From: an uncultured Gemmatimonadaceae bacterium
GTDB taxonomy: Bacteria; Gemmatimonadota; Gemmatimonadetes; Gemmatimonadales; Gemmatimonadaceae
NCBI GenBank assembly: GCA_963822945.1
Contig: CAWGJO010000020.1
Span: forward strand, 704,001-768,000
Reading direction: 5' to 3'
Length of the DNA: 64,000 bases
In this document: positions 29,051 through 39,025 of the stretch, piece by piece
How positions within the stretch are numbered: the stretch's first letter is position 1
How the letters are laid out: each line of letters begins with the position of its first letter
Position numbers and translations under genes: made by a program
The notes under the pieces: model-generated
What the model saw: only the letters and a program-made list of their open reading frames with translations
The model's database searches: none
Told to the model about the DNA's origin: nothing

Positions 29051-30219
29051 GGCGCCTGCGACCTGCCGCGGGACGACAGCAACACCTCCACACTGCGTGT
29101 GATGTCGAACCGCCGTGCATAGAGTTCGGCAGCGGCCTCTCCGATGCGCCGACATCGTTCACCGTCCGCCAGTAGCCGCACGACGGCGTCGCTCATGGCG
29201 TCCGGCAGGGCGCGATCCGCGAACACCACCGCCCGGCTCATCTCCCACTCCGCCTCGGTAGCCGAACCACGGTTCGTCACCACCGGCATGCCGTTCACGA
29301 GCGCTGCCATGAGCGTGGTGCGCCGTCCACTCGCCCCATCCGCGTACGGCTGAAGCATGACGTCGCAGGCCCGGATGCACGCCGCCACGTCATCGGCGGG
29401 CAGCGTCTCCGTCACCGTCACCCGGGCCCTCCAGTCGGCAGTGTTCGCGCACAGGTGGCTCGCCAGCGCCTCACCACCGGCGCCGATGAGGCACACCCGC
29501 ACGTGGCGTTGCTCCGCGAGCAGGCGCGCAAGGGTCGGTTCGAGCAGTTGCGTGACCAGCGCACCGTAGGTCCCGAAATGCCCGACGACGCGCGTGTCGG
29601 GCGCCGGCGCGAGCCAGTCCCGCCATTCGGCGATTCTCGTCTCGTCCACGGCCTTCGGCACCGACGATGCGATCGGCAACCACACGAACCGCCGCGCCCG
29701 CGGTGCATACCGCCGCAGGCGGCGCTGCCATGCCTCGGTGGAGACGTACGCCACGCGGATGTCCGACAGCAACAGTACCGCCATCATCCGGTTCACCACG
29801 GCGAGCACGTTACGGTGCAGGGGCCAGGCCGCGAACGGGTAGAAGGGTTCGTGAAACATCACGCGCACGTCGTCGCGATGCTCGCGCGCCCGGTGCTGCA
29901 CCCAGCGGCAGAAGCCCACGTTCATGCCGCGCGCCCCGAACGCCTGGGCTACGTACTGGACGAGGATCGTGTGCGGTCCCGGCAGCTGGTCCAACTCCGC
30001 CGTCAGATATTGCAGCCCCGCATCGCCGAACCCGCCGGCGAGGCGATGGACCTGAACACGGGAGCCGCCGGTCTCCCCACCCTCGACCGCCGGCGCCCAG
30101 ACGTGCACCTCGCATCCGGCGGCCGCGAGCGCACGCGCCAGCACGGCCGTGTAGTCGCTCACCCCGCCGGACTGCGGCGGATATTCGCCGGTGATGAGAT
30201 GCCACGGGCGTTCCGTCAT
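29047..30219 (-). CDS. Glycosyltransferase family 4-like
   Basis: GEYPPQSGGVSDYT, VGHFG, PYADGASGRRTTLMAAL..G.PVV; ATGA overlap at 30216-30219. Confidence 0.85.
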   Translation of the reverse strand: MTERPWHLITGEYPPQSGGVSDYTAVLARALAAAGCEVHVWAPAVEGGETGGSRVQVHRLAGGFGDAGLQYLTAELDQLPGPHTILVQYVAQAFGARGMNVGFCRWVQHRAREHRDDVRVMFHEPFYPFAAWPLHRNVLAVVNRMMAVLLLSDIRVAYVSTEAWQRRLRRYAPRARRFVWLPIASSVPKAVDETRIAEWRDWLAPAPDTRVVGHFGTYGALVTQLLEPTLARLLAEQRHVRVCLIGAGGEALASHLCANTADWRARVTVTETLPADDVAACIRACDVMLQPYADGASGRRTTLMAALVNGMPVVTNRGSATEAEWEMSRAVVFADRALPDAMSDAVVRLLADGERCRRIGEAAAELYARRFDITRSVEVLLSSRGRSQAP

Positions 30220-31400
30220 GCAGGTCCCTGTGATCGTGCGTCCGACAGCACGCGCTCCAGCACGTCCACGTGGCGGGAGAGGTTGAGGCGCTCGGCCATG
30301 CGCCGCGCGCCGACGCGCAGCGCGCGCAGTGTGGCGTCGTGGGCCCGCGCCTCCGCGAGCGCACGGGCCAGTCCGGCCACGCCCTCGTTCGCCTTCACCA
30401 GCCACCCGTTCTCGCCGTCGCGCAGCCAACTCTCGATCCCGCCCACGTTGAATCCGATGGCTGCGGCGCCATAAGCGCCGCCCTCGAGCCCCGTGAGCCC
30501 GAACGGTTCGGGCCATACACTCGGTACGACGACAACGGACGCCGAGCGGAACAACTCCGCGCGCCGCGCACCGTCCACCCATCCGGGGAACTCGGCCGGA
30601 ACATCCAGCGACTCGGCGAGCGATTCCCAGTCCTGACGGGCCGGTCCGTCCCCGGCCAGGGTGAGCGGAATCTTCACCCCGAGCTGGGTCGCCGCCTGCG
30701 CGGCCGCCCGGATCAGGACGTCACCGCCCTTCAGGGACGTCATCCGGCCCACGAACAGTGCGCGAAACTCGCTCGGAAGCGGCGCCGGCCGCACCGGCAT
30801 CTCGGCCGCGAACAGCGGGTTCGCCGTCACGCGCGACGCGGGCACTCCATTGGCCACGTATTCTCGCCGCATGTGTTCGCTCGGCGCCACGATCGCGACA
30901 TACCGGCCAAGAAGCGCGTGCTGCGACCGGGCCCATGTGTACTGCGTCGCCAGCGCCCGCACACTCCACTGGCAGCAGTGCCGGGGCAGGTACAGCGCGG
31001 CGCACGCCACACCGAACCGCCGGCCGCACACCACCGGCTGGGGAAAGGCGTGCATCTTGAACCCGCCGATGCACGTCCCGACGTATCCGTGGACCATTTT
31101 CGCCACCGGCATCCGATCCAGCAGCTTCTTGTCCACGGACAGGGCGCGCATGTTGTGCGAGAACGCGATGTCCGGACGCCACGCCGAGGCGGCGCGGACG
31201 GCCGCGGATACCCCCGCCTCGTCCACGCAGAAATGGGGCGCGGTGGCCCCCGCCGGCGAATCCGATGGCGTGCGCAGCCGGTCGACGTGCAGGAGCGCCA
31301 GCTCGTGGCCCCGTCCGCGGAGCCGGCGCGCGATGGCTGTCAGATACGTCTGCACTCCACCGGCGTCGCCCACGCCATCATTGACCAGAAGAATGCGCAT
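30216..31400 (-). CDS. Glycosyltransferase family 4
   Basis: MRILLV..AGGVQ, GRMTSLKG, PSVWPEPFGLTGLE. Confidence 0.92.
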   Translation of the reverse strand: MRILLVNDGVGDAGGVQTYLTAIARRLRGRGHELALLHVDRLRTPSDSPAGATAPHFCVDEAGVSAAVRAASAWRPDIAFSHNMRALSVDKKLLDRMPVAKMVHGYVGTCIGGFKMHAFPQPVVCGRRFGVACAALYLPRHCCQWSVRALATQYTWARSQHALLGRYVAIVAPSEHMRREYVANGVPASRVTANPLFAAEMPVRPAPLPSEFRALFVGRMTSLKGGDVLIRAAAQAATQLGVKIPLTLAGDGPARQDWESLAESLDVPAEFPGWVDGARRAELFRSASVVVVPSVWPEPFGLTGLEGGAYGAAAIGFNVGGIESWLRDGENGWLVKANEGVAGLARALAEARAHDATLRALRVGARRMAERLNLSRHVDVLERVLSDARSQGPA

Positions 31401-31403
31401 CGT

Positions 31404-32315
31404 TCAGTCGCGCTCCCGCCGGGCGTGAGCCCCCGACCGTGTGACCGTGCGCACCGCTGCCGTCAGCGTTCCGGCCGCCGCCGCGACACTCATGCGGCGG
31501 CGCCAGGTCTGCAGGCGTCGCGCATCCTGGTTCGCGATGGTCGAATCCCAGCGTTCGTGGAACACCATGGCGTTGCGGAGTGCCGCCGCCTGACGCCGCT
31601 CCGACGGCGTCCGGCTGTACGTGGTGCTCAGGAGATGTTCGTACGCGCCGTCGCGTTCGAACCCGTGCGTCGCCACCTTCCATCCCGCCGCCCGAATGCG
31701 AAAACAGAAGTCCGCTTCGTCCCATTCGGTGGGCCGGAACACCTCGTCCAGCGGCCCCACACGATCGATGCATGCCCGCCGCACCGCCCACGGCCGCATC
31801 ACCGCGTCCACCTCGGTCAGCCGCAGCCAGTTGAACGGCCCGCTCCCGATGGTGCTCTCCAGCCGTCGCCAGTCGACCGAGTCGTCGAACGTCCTGATCG
31901 GTTCGTCCACCGGGTGGCAGCGCAGGCCCCGGCTGAGGCTCAGCAGCCCGATGTCGGGGTACGCGTCGAACGTGGCGAGCAACTCCGGCACGAACCACCC
32001 TGCCTGCAGAAACATGTCGTCGTGCCAGCTCAGAATGAGCGGCGCTCGCGCTTCGCGAAACCCGCGATTCGTGCACATCAACTCGTGCACGTTGTCCTCA
32101 TGGAGAGCGCGCATGGTGATCGCGCCCCAACCCTCGGCGGCCGCCGCCTGCAGATAGGCCGGCGTTCCATCCGTGCACCCGTCCTCGACCACGAGCAACT
32201 CCACCGGCTGGTCCGCCGCGTAGCGACGCCACGCATTCAGGCACCGCGTCAGGACCGGCAGGTTGTCGTGGGTCGCGATCACCACCGAGAGGCGCGGGCG
32301 CGGAGCGTCGGTCAT
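31404..32315 (-). CDS. Glycosyltransferase family 2
   Basis: LSVVIATHD, VVEDGCTDGT, WHDD, DEADFCFR; ATGA overlap at 32312-32315. Confidence 0.88.
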   Translation of the reverse strand: MTDAPRPRLSVVIATHDNLPVLTRCLNAWRRYAADQPVELLVVEDGCTDGTPAYLQAAAAEGWGAITMRALHEDNVHELMCTNRGFREARAPLILSWHDDMFLQAGWFVPELLATFDAYPDIGLLSLSRGLRCHPVDEPIRTFDDSVDWRRLESTIGSGPFNWLRLTEVDAVMRPWAVRRACIDRVGPLDEVFRPTEWDEADFCFRIRAAGWKVATHGFERDGAYEHLLSTTYSRTPSERRQAAALRNAMVFHERWDSTIANQDARRLQTWRRRMSVAAAAGTLTAAVRTVTRSGAHARRERD

Positions 32316-33262
32316 TGCGGCACCTGTGCGTACGCCTGCAGGTGAAGCGCCAGCGGCGTGCGCGTGCCGCCCGGCAGCGCGCGGGCCAGCGCATACGTCA
32401 CCCGGCGCGTGGCATTCATGCCCTTCCGCCGCAGGAAGCCCGCGTCCCCCGCTTGGACGATCTCCGGCGCCGCCGGTTCGACCCGGGCGTTCACGAACCC
32501 TGCCTGCTCCATGGCCCGGACCAGCGTACTCGGCGTGAAGTGGTTCACATGCACCAGATTGTCGGCCACGGTCGCCCGGTAGCGCGGAAAGATCCGCGCC
32601 CGCCACAGTTCCTTCTGCAGTTGCACGGGACCGTTCGGCACCTTCACGGCCAGCCAGCCGCCCGGCGCGATCACGCGCCGGATGCCGGACAGGACGGCCA
32701 CCGGATCCGGAATGTGTTCGAGCACGTCGATGAACGTGACGGCGTCGTAGCGATGCCCGGCGTCGGCGAGCGCGGCGGCGTCCGCCCGGTGTATCGGAAG
32801 GCCCGTGGCCGCGGCCGCGAACGCCGCCGTCTGCGGATTCAACTCCACGCCCTCCGTGGTCCATCCCGCGGCGTCGGCCAGGCGGAGGAACCGGCCCACG
32901 TGGGCGCCCAGATCGAGCAGCGTGCGTCGCGATGCCGGCAGCGCCCGCGCCAGCCGCCGCAGCACCGTGTGGAAGATCAGGTCCTTGTACCCACTCTCGT
33001 ACTCCCGCGCCATCCACTCCTCCGACCAGCGCTGGTCGTACATCCGCGCGAAGTACCGATCGAGCGCGGGCAGGGCCTGCGGCTGCGTGAAGCCGCAGTC
33101 GGCGCATCGCACCAGCATCACGCGCTGATCCGTGTACCGCGCAAGCTCCGGGTCCTGCTCGGCGTAGATCGAGAATTCGAAGATGGCTTCGTGCACGGGA
33201 TCGAGGCGCGTCCCGCCGCAGATCCAGCAGGCCGGCACCGGTGCGAACATGTTGTGCGTCAT
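32312..33262 (-). CDS. Class I SAM-dependent methyltransferase with N-terminal CxxC/CxxC
   Basis: CWICG..CADCG, LDLGAHVG, DVLEHIPDP; ATGA overlap at 33259-33262. Confidence 0.88.
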   Translation of the reverse strand: MTHNMFAPVPACWICGGTRLDPVHEAIFEFSIYAEQDPELARYTDQRVMLVRCADCGFTQPQALPALDRYFARMYDQRWSEEWMAREYESGYKDLIFHTVLRRLARALPASRRTLLDLGAHVGRFLRLADAAGWTTEGVELNPQTAAFAAAATGLPIHRADAAALADAGHRYDAVTFIDVLEHIPDPVAVLSGIRRVIAPGGWLAVKVPNGPVQLQKELWRARIFPRYRATVADNLVHVNHFTPSTLVRAMEQAGFVNARVEPAAPEIVQAGDAGFLRRKGMNATRRVTYALARALPGGTRTPLALHLQAYAQVPQ

Positions 33263-34395
33263 GCGGCGCTCTCCATGAGGTTCACGATCCGCGCCGCCAT
33301 GTCGTCCCAACTCCACGCGCGCAGTTCAGCCGACGTCCGCCGCGCCGCACGGGCCCACCGATCGCGGTCGTCATGCCAGCGACGGAGCGCGGCCGCCAGC
33401 GCGGCGGGGTCCTCGCGGTGTTCGGGCTGCAGGCCCTCGAGCCCCGCCAACCGCTCCGCCACGCCAGCGTCGGGATCCGTGATCGCCGCCAGCCCGCAGC
33501 AGACAGCCTCGTGCACCGCCAGCCCGTACGCTTCGTACCGCGCCGGCGCGGCAATGGCATCGCAGGCCCAGAGTACGCGACGCACGTCGCGCGTGAATCC
33601 GAGAAAGTGGATCCGGTCCGCCAGTCCGGCGGCCTCCGCGGCGCGACGCCACACGGGCAGCTCGCTCCCGGCGCCGGCGATCACCAGGCGGGCGTCCCAC
33701 GCGCGATCCTCGCACAGTGCGCGCCACGCGGCGAACAGGACGTCGAAGCCTTTCCGGCGATCCCCGAGCGCGCCCACGAAGGCGACGCCCGGCCGCTCGT
33801 CCCGCCACCCCAGGGCCTTCCGTGCGTCCTCCCGTTCCTCGTCGGAGGGCGGCCGATGATAACCGGCATCGGCACCGTAGTACACCGTGTGCACGCGCTC
33901 CGGCGGTACGCCTGCGCGGGCGACCAACTCCTGTCCCGTAGCGTTCGAGTTGGCGATCACGACGCGGGCCGCGTGCAGCGCCCGTCGTTCCTCGACGACG
34001 TATTGCCGGTGCTTCCACTGCGCCAGCATCCGACGGCCGGCCGACGTGGCGACTTCCGGACGATGGCCGGCGTGCACGTAGTGTACCCAGTTGGTGTCCG
34101 CGCTTACGCAATTGCCGCCGTTCACGATCGTGTGGCCGCCGCGCGCCGCCATCATCCGCCCCCATCGCCGGCCGGCACGGGCCAGCGCTCGAGCGCCGAG
34201 CAGGTAGGAGTCGAGCGGCTTCGCCACCCGGTGCCAGTGCACCCCAGGCATGGTGAGCAGTTTCTCGTCCACGCGGTGCGCCACCAGATGCACCTCGTGC
34301 CCCACGCCGGCCAGGTATCGCGCCAGATGAAGATTGGCCACATCCATGCCGCCCGTTCGGACGAGGTCGCCCGTCACGATCGCGAACGGCCTCAC
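33259..34395 (-). CDS. Glycosyltransferase family 4
   Basis: TGGMDVAN, DRRKGFD, YEAYGLAVHEA; GTGA overlap at 34392-34395. Confidence 0.9.
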   Translation of the reverse strand: MRPFAIVTGDLVRTGGMDVANLHLARYLAGVGHEVHLVAHRVDEKLLTMPGVHWHRVAKPLDSYLLGARALARAGRRWGRMMAARGGHTIVNGGNCVSADTNWVHYVHAGHRPEVATSAGRRMLAQWKHRQYVVEERRALHAARVVIANSNATGQELVARAGVPPERVHTVYYGADAGYHRPPSDEEREDARKALGWRDERPGVAFVGALGDRRKGFDVLFAAWRALCEDRAWDARLVIAGAGSELPVWRRAAEAAGLADRIHFLGFTRDVRRVLWACDAIAAPARYEAYGLAVHEAVCCGLAAITDPDAGVAERLAGLEGLQPEHREDPAALAAALRRWHDDRDRWARAARRTSAELRAWSWDDMAARIVNLMESAA

Positions 34396-35777
34396 GTGCT
34401 CGCCGATTCCGGCCACGTCTCGTGCCACGCCTGGTTCCGTGCTGCCGCAAACAAGGTTGCGTTCAGCAGCCAGAACTCCATGCCCGTCTGCGACAGGAAC
34501 ACCGGATACGAAAACGTGAACGCGCACGTCCCGAGCGAGTATCCGAGAATGACCGTGGCCCAGAGCGACAGGCTCGGATCCGTCGATGATCGCCATCGCG
34601 CGATCCCGAGCGTCGTCAAGAGCGTGATGCCCACGATCCACACGTAGGCAATCATCAGCGGCGCTCCACCATCCAGGATCCAGCCGCTCCACTGAATTTC
34701 CGCCCACAGAGCTTCGTCCGGGTTCGACTTGTCGCCGAAATAGGATTGCATCATCCCCCAACGCCCGATCCCGGCCCCGAGGGGATATTCGGGCAGCATC
34801 TCTTCGAACGCCTGCTTGAGAAATCCCCCGCGATTCTGTTCGTAGATCTGTTGCGGGGTGGCGGCCGTGAGGCTCCGCACCCGGTGCTCCACGCTCTGAC
34901 TTGCCATCGACACCGCGCCGCGGAAGCTCACGACGAGAACCGCAATCAGCACGACGCTGAATCCGGTGAGACGCTTGTAGTCGCGGCGCAGTGCCAGTAC
35001 CGCCGTCACGCCGACGAGGCTGATGGCCGTGACCACCATCAACGCACGGATCTGCGACAGATACAGGCACATCAGACCCAGCAGCACACTGCCGATGGCG
35101 CTGGCCGACAGCCACCGGCGCTCCGTCGTCAGGTACACGCCGATCCCCAGCACCACGGCATAGAGGCCGGAGGTCGCGGCGCCACCCGGCACGTCGGTGA
35201 GCCCCATGGGGCGAAACACCCGCACGCCACCCGTCGTGACGATCTTGAGGCTCTCCGCATATCCCCGCCCCAGCCCCAGGATCACCGGCGAAACGTTCGG
35301 CTGGAAGTGACCCGGGAAATACACCTGCAGCACGCCCACCAGCGAACCGACGGTGTGGAACACCCACATGATCATCAGCAGCGTGCGCAGCGTCTTCGTC
35401 GTCACCCGCAGTCGCGGCACCCAGAACAGAGGGGCCAGAATGGCGACGTACAGGCCGAGCTGCGCCAGGGCCGCCGGCAGAATCGCCGCCGTCGGATTGA
35501 GGACCGACAGGCCGAGTATGACGATCACGACCAACGCCATCGTGCGCGCCGGGTGGAATCCCGCCTTCCCCTGCACGAGCACGAAGAACACGAGACTGCT
35601 CCCGAACGCGGCCATGCGGATCAGCGTGCGCGCGCCGCCCAGCGGACTGATGATCGCGAGCTGGGACACGACTTCAATGATCATGAACCAGCGGATCCAG
35701 AAGTCCGCCGCGCGCTCTTCCAGCACGTACGGGTTCGCCACCACCCCGTCGGCGGCCCCCGGCGCCAGGGTGGTCAC
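34392..35777 (-). CDS. Wzy polymerase / O-antigen-ligase-like integral membrane protein
   Basis: Many TM helices, YLSQIR, large periplasmic loop, PLGAGIG, WILDGG; position in the GT operon; GTGA overlap at 35774-35777. Confidence 0.75.
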   Translation of the reverse strand: MTTLAPGAADGVVANPYVLEERAADFWIRWFMIIEVVSQLAIISPLGGARTLIRMAAFGSSLVFFVLVQGKAGFHPARTMALVVIVILGLSVLNPTAAILPAALAQLGLYVAILAPLFWVPRLRVTTKTLRTLLMIMWVFHTVGSLVGVLQVYFPGHFQPNVSPVILGLGRGYAESLKIVTTGGVRVFRPMGLTDVPGGAATSGLYAVVLGIGVYLTTERRWLSASAIGSVLLGLMCLYLSQIRALMVVTAISLVGVTAVLALRRDYKRLTGFSVVLIAVLVVSFRGAVSMASQSVEHRVRSLTAATPQQIYEQNRGGFLKQAFEEMLPEYPLGAGIGRWGMMQSYFGDKSNPDEALWAEIQWSGWILDGGAPLMIAYVWIVGITLLTTLGIARWRSSTDPSLSLWATVILGYSLGTCAFTFSYPVFLSQTGMEFWLLNATLFAAARNQAWHETWPESAST

Positions 35778-36454
35778 GCGCCCGACTCCGGCTTGCGCGC
35801 CACGATGGCGACGTTGTCCGAGCAACCGCGCGGCGCCAGGCGGCCGAAGGCGCGCGGGTAATGCCCCCCGGTGAACGGCACCCGTCCCCGTCCGCTGTAC
35901 CGCACCTCCGCGTCCACCAGTCCGGCCTCGGCCATGATCCGCCGCAGATCGACCTCGAGTAGCGCCGTACGGTGCGCCGGATACGACGGAGCCTGGAACG
36001 CGTTGAACGCGTTCTTCAGGACCAACGTCGTCTTGCTCAACACGCTCAGCTGATTGGGCGTCGTCACCAGCACCCAGCCGCCCGGCGCGGCCAGGCGCGC
36101 CAATTCGCGCCCGAACGCCCAGGGGTTCTCGAGGTGTTCGATCGTCTCCACGGCAGCCACGACGTTCGCACAGCCATCGGGCAACGGAATGTTCGGGCGA
36201 TCCAGATCGTGCATCACGAATTCAACGGACGCGTCGAGCCCCTCGTAGCGCACCGTATCGATGCCGAGGCAGCGCGCGAATCGCGGTTGCAGCCGGCGGC
36301 ACAGCGCGCCGGTTCCGCATCCCACGTCTGCGAGCACGCCGCCCCCGCGGTGCCGCTCGTCCACCAACGCGCCGACGAGCGCGTAGATCGCCTCCCCACT
36401 CGTGCCGCGCGACTGCCGCGCGCGTGACTCGAGATCGGGCAGCGGCGCCGTCAT
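35774..36454 (-). CDS. Class I SAM-dependent methyltransferase
   Basis: DVGCGTG, ETIEHLENP, PGGWVLVTTPN; ATGA overlap at 36451-36454. Confidence 0.9.
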   Translation of the reverse strand: MTAPLPDLESRARQSRGTSGEAIYALVGALVDERHRGGGVLADVGCGTGALCRRLQPRFARCLGIDTVRYEGLDASVEFVMHDLDRPNIPLPDGCANVVAAVETIEHLENPWAFGRELARLAAPGGWVLVTTPNQLSVLSKTTLVLKNAFNAFQAPSYPAHRTALLEVDLRRIMAEAGLVDAEVRYSGRGRVPFTGGHYPRAFGRLAPRGCSDNVAIVARKPESGA

Positions 36455-37572
36455 CGCTCCGTCCGCTCGGCGATCAATGGCGACAGCACATCGTGCAGCT
36501 GGCGCAGACGCGCGCCGGGGTCGCACAGCGCACGTGCTCGCGCCGGCCCCGCCATCCCCATCTCCTGGCGGCGCGCCGGGTTCTCGATCAGCGAGCGGAG
36601 CGCGTTCGCGAATTCGTCGGGCCGCCGCGGCGGCACCAGAACGCCGCACCCGTGCCCCTTGATGATCTCGGTCGGGCCGCCCATGTCGGTGGCCACGACC
36701 GGCAGCCCGGCGTACAACGCTTCGATGATCGCCACGCCGAACGGCTCGGCCTGGGCATTGGGCTGACAGAAGATGTCGGCACCGGCGAGAACGCTTCCGA
36801 TGTCGTCGCGCTCTCCGAGAAAGCGCACCCGCGTGCGAACGCCGCGGGAGACGACCAGCGTCTTGAGCTGCGCCTCGTACGTCTTCTCCGATGCCCGCTG
36901 CGCGCCTCCCACGATCCAGCACTCCCAACCCGGCAGATCGCCGAGGAAGCCGAGCGCATGCAGGAGCAGCGCATGACCCTTCCACCGCTCCAGCCGGCCT
37001 ACCTGCACGATCACGGCGGTCTCCGGCGGCACGCCGAATTCCCGTCGAACCGCCTCACGCGTGGCGCCGGCCGTCGGAGGAGAGACCGGACAGTGCAGCA
37101 GCTCCGCACGCGCCCGCGGGAAGACACTGCGGACCGTCATGCCGGTGAACTCACTGTTGTAGATGACGATGTCCGGCGTCCGGAGGCGCGCCCAGCGCTC
37201 CGTCCAGTGCGTCCCCCGAACGGCGTCGTGGAGCCAGAATCCGACGGGATAGCCCGCCCGCCGTGCCGTGGCGGCGAACAGGGAGTACGACCACGCGGAA
37301 TGGCACATCACGAAGTCCGGCCTGTGCTCCTTGAGCAGGGCCCGCAATGCACGGCGCGCGCGAATTACCGTCTGTGGCCGGCTCGCGCGGACGCCCCCCA
37401 GGAGGTACACCGGTGTTCCACTTGCCCGGAGTTCGCGGGCCAGCCGCGCGTCGAAGCACAGCGCGAATTCCGGCTCCAGTTTCGCGAACGTCGCCCGCTC
37501 CCGCGCCAGCACCACCAGCGTCGACTCCACGCCGCCGTAGAGGTTCCCGCTGTACACGTGGAGAAGCTTCAT
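36451..37572 (-). CDS. Glycosyltransferase family 4
   Basis: YGGVE, GRLERWKGH, EPFGVAIIEAL. Confidence 0.92.
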   Translation of the reverse strand: MKLLHVYSGNLYGGVESTLVVLARERATFAKLEPEFALCFDARLARELRASGTPVYLLGGVRASRPQTVIRARRALRALLKEHRPDFVMCHSAWSYSLFAATARRAGYPVGFWLHDAVRGTHWTERWARLRTPDIVIYNSEFTGMTVRSVFPRARAELLHCPVSPPTAGATREAVRREFGVPPETAVIVQVGRLERWKGHALLLHALGFLGDLPGWECWIVGGAQRASEKTYEAQLKTLVVSRGVRTRVRFLGERDDIGSVLAGADIFCQPNAQAEPFGVAIIEALYAGLPVVATDMGGPTEIIKGHGCGVLVPPRRPDEFANALRSLIENPARRQEMGMAGPARARALCDPGARLRQLHDVLSPLIAERTER

Positions 37573-38804
37573 GCCATCGCCCGCGTTCCGGTGCCGCCTG
37601 CCGTCATGGACCGGTACACCGCGGCCACCTCCTCACCAACGCGCCGGCGATCGAAGCGGCGTTCCGCGCTCCGCCGCCCCGCGGCGCCAAGCCGGCTTCG
37701 CAGCTCGGGGTGCTCGGCCAACCGGCGCATGGCCGCCGCCAGCCCCGCGATGTCACCGGGTTCGTGTACCAGCGCATCCTCCCCATCCTGCACGATTTCG
37801 CCGGCGCCACCCGCAGCGCTCGTGATCACGGCGCGTCCACATGCCATCCCTTCGGCCACCACCAGCCCGAACGGTTCCGGCACTACCGTGGCATGCACGA
37901 CGACGTCCAGCGCGCGCATGGCGGCCGCCGGGTCCTCCACGAACCCCGTGAACCCGACGTCCGCGCCGACGCCGACGTCCATCGCCAGCGCGCGCAGCCG
38001 TTCCATGGAGATTTCGCTCCCTGGCGTTTCGTAGAGCGCGCCGCCGACCACATAAGCGCGCATCGGCAATTCACGCGGCAGCCGCGCGACCGCCTGCAGA
38101 AAGACGTCGTGTCCTTTGAAACGACCCATCGTCGCCACCAGGCCTACCCGCACCGTGCCGGCCGGTGCAGCCGGCATGCCGGCCAGCGCGTCCAGATCGG
38201 CACGCGGACCCGTGGGACTGAAGACGTCCAGATCCACACCGTTGAGCACCACCTGTACCGCGGTTCGCCCCCGCCACCCGGGCGCGGTGTCCCGGGCCAC
38301 GCTGTGCGATACGGCGATGGCCGCGTCGCACCGGCGGGAGAGTTGTCTGATCACGTGTGCCATCAAGGGGCGGGAGGAGACGTAGTCGTGCAGATGCCAG
38401 ACGAGCGCGGCGCCGGAGGGTCGGCTCCAGGCTCCCATAATGTGCATCTTGAATCCGTTGGTGTGGACGATGTCGGGCGCTCGACGTTTCAGTGCGTCCC
38501 GCAATCGGCGGCGGTACGTCGCGAATCCGCCCAACGCCGCCGCCGCTCGCACGCCGAGCCGCAGCAAATGGCCCGGCCGATCCTGCGCCGCGGAATCACC
38601 CAGCCGCGCCACGGATTCCGGCATCGCCACCACCTCCACGGCGATGCCTAGGGCGCGCGCGCGGTCTACGAGCGGACCGGGGCGCGACGAGAGAAGGGTG
38701 AGTTCCCAGGTGGGCTCCAGGCGATGCACGCTCTGCATGACGTCCAGCAGGCACCGCTCCGCACCACCGAGTTGGCCGCTTCCACTGAGATAGACGATCC
38801 GCAC
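37569..38804 (-). CDS. Glycosyltransferase family 4, first gene of the polysaccharide operon
   Basis: (M)RIVYLSGSGQLGGAE, FKGH, PEPFGLVVAEGMACG; GTG start at 38804 inferred. Confidence 0.9.
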   Translation of the reverse strand: MRIVYLSGSGQLGGAERCLLDVMQSVHRLEPTWELTLLSSRPGPLVDRARALGIAVEVVAMPESVARLGDSAAQDRPGHLLRLGVRAAAALGGFATYRRRLRDALKRRAPDIVHTNGFKMHIMGAWSRPSGAALVWHLHDYVSSRPLMAHVIRQLSRRCDAAIAVSHSVARDTAPGWRGRTAVQVVLNGVDLDVFSPTGPRADLDALAGMPAAPAGTVRVGLVATMGRFKGHDVFLQAVARLPRELPMRAYVVGGALYETPGSEISMERLRALAMDVGVGADVGFTGFVEDPAAAMRALDVVVHATVVPEPFGLVVAEGMACGRAVITSAAGGAGEIVQDGEDALVHEPGDIAGLAAAMRRLAEHPELRSRLGAAGRRSAERRFDRRRVGEEVAAVYRSMTAGGTGTRAMA

Positions 38805-38947
38805 ATGCCCCGGTCCGCTGACTGCGAGGGTCGGCGATTGGCCGGAAACGTAGGGCGTTCGCGCCAAAACAAACGTTTCGAACCGGAGATCGCCAGTTGC
38901 AAACTGCCCGGGTTGGACGTCGTCATCGGCCGGGCGGAGGAGTGAGA

Positions 38948-38953
38948 TATAAT
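38948..38953 (+). promoter_or_regulatory. Consensus -10 hexamer in the divergent intergenic region
   Basis: TATAAT about 70 nt upstream of ATG 39026; no clear -35. Confidence 0.4.
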
Positions 38954-39025
38954 GCCCGCTACCGTTTAGAGCCAATACACCAACCGGCGTTCCAGGCCCC
39001 CTCCAGCCAACTTATCTTGCGGCAG

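Noticed and set aside
30270..32345. 691-aa ORF on the plus strand, and similar long ORFs opposite the GT operon
   Set aside because: Antisense to clear glycosyltransferases; Arg/Pro/Ala-rich composition with no motifs
33259..35367. Extended N-termini in the ORF track (702-aa GT4, 598-aa ArgA, 513-aa ArgC, 548-aa Wza, 547-aa TolB-like) as fusion proteins
   Set aside because: Extensions overlap real neighbouring genes; true starts are indicated by family N-termini plus stop/start overlaps, RBS or promoter position
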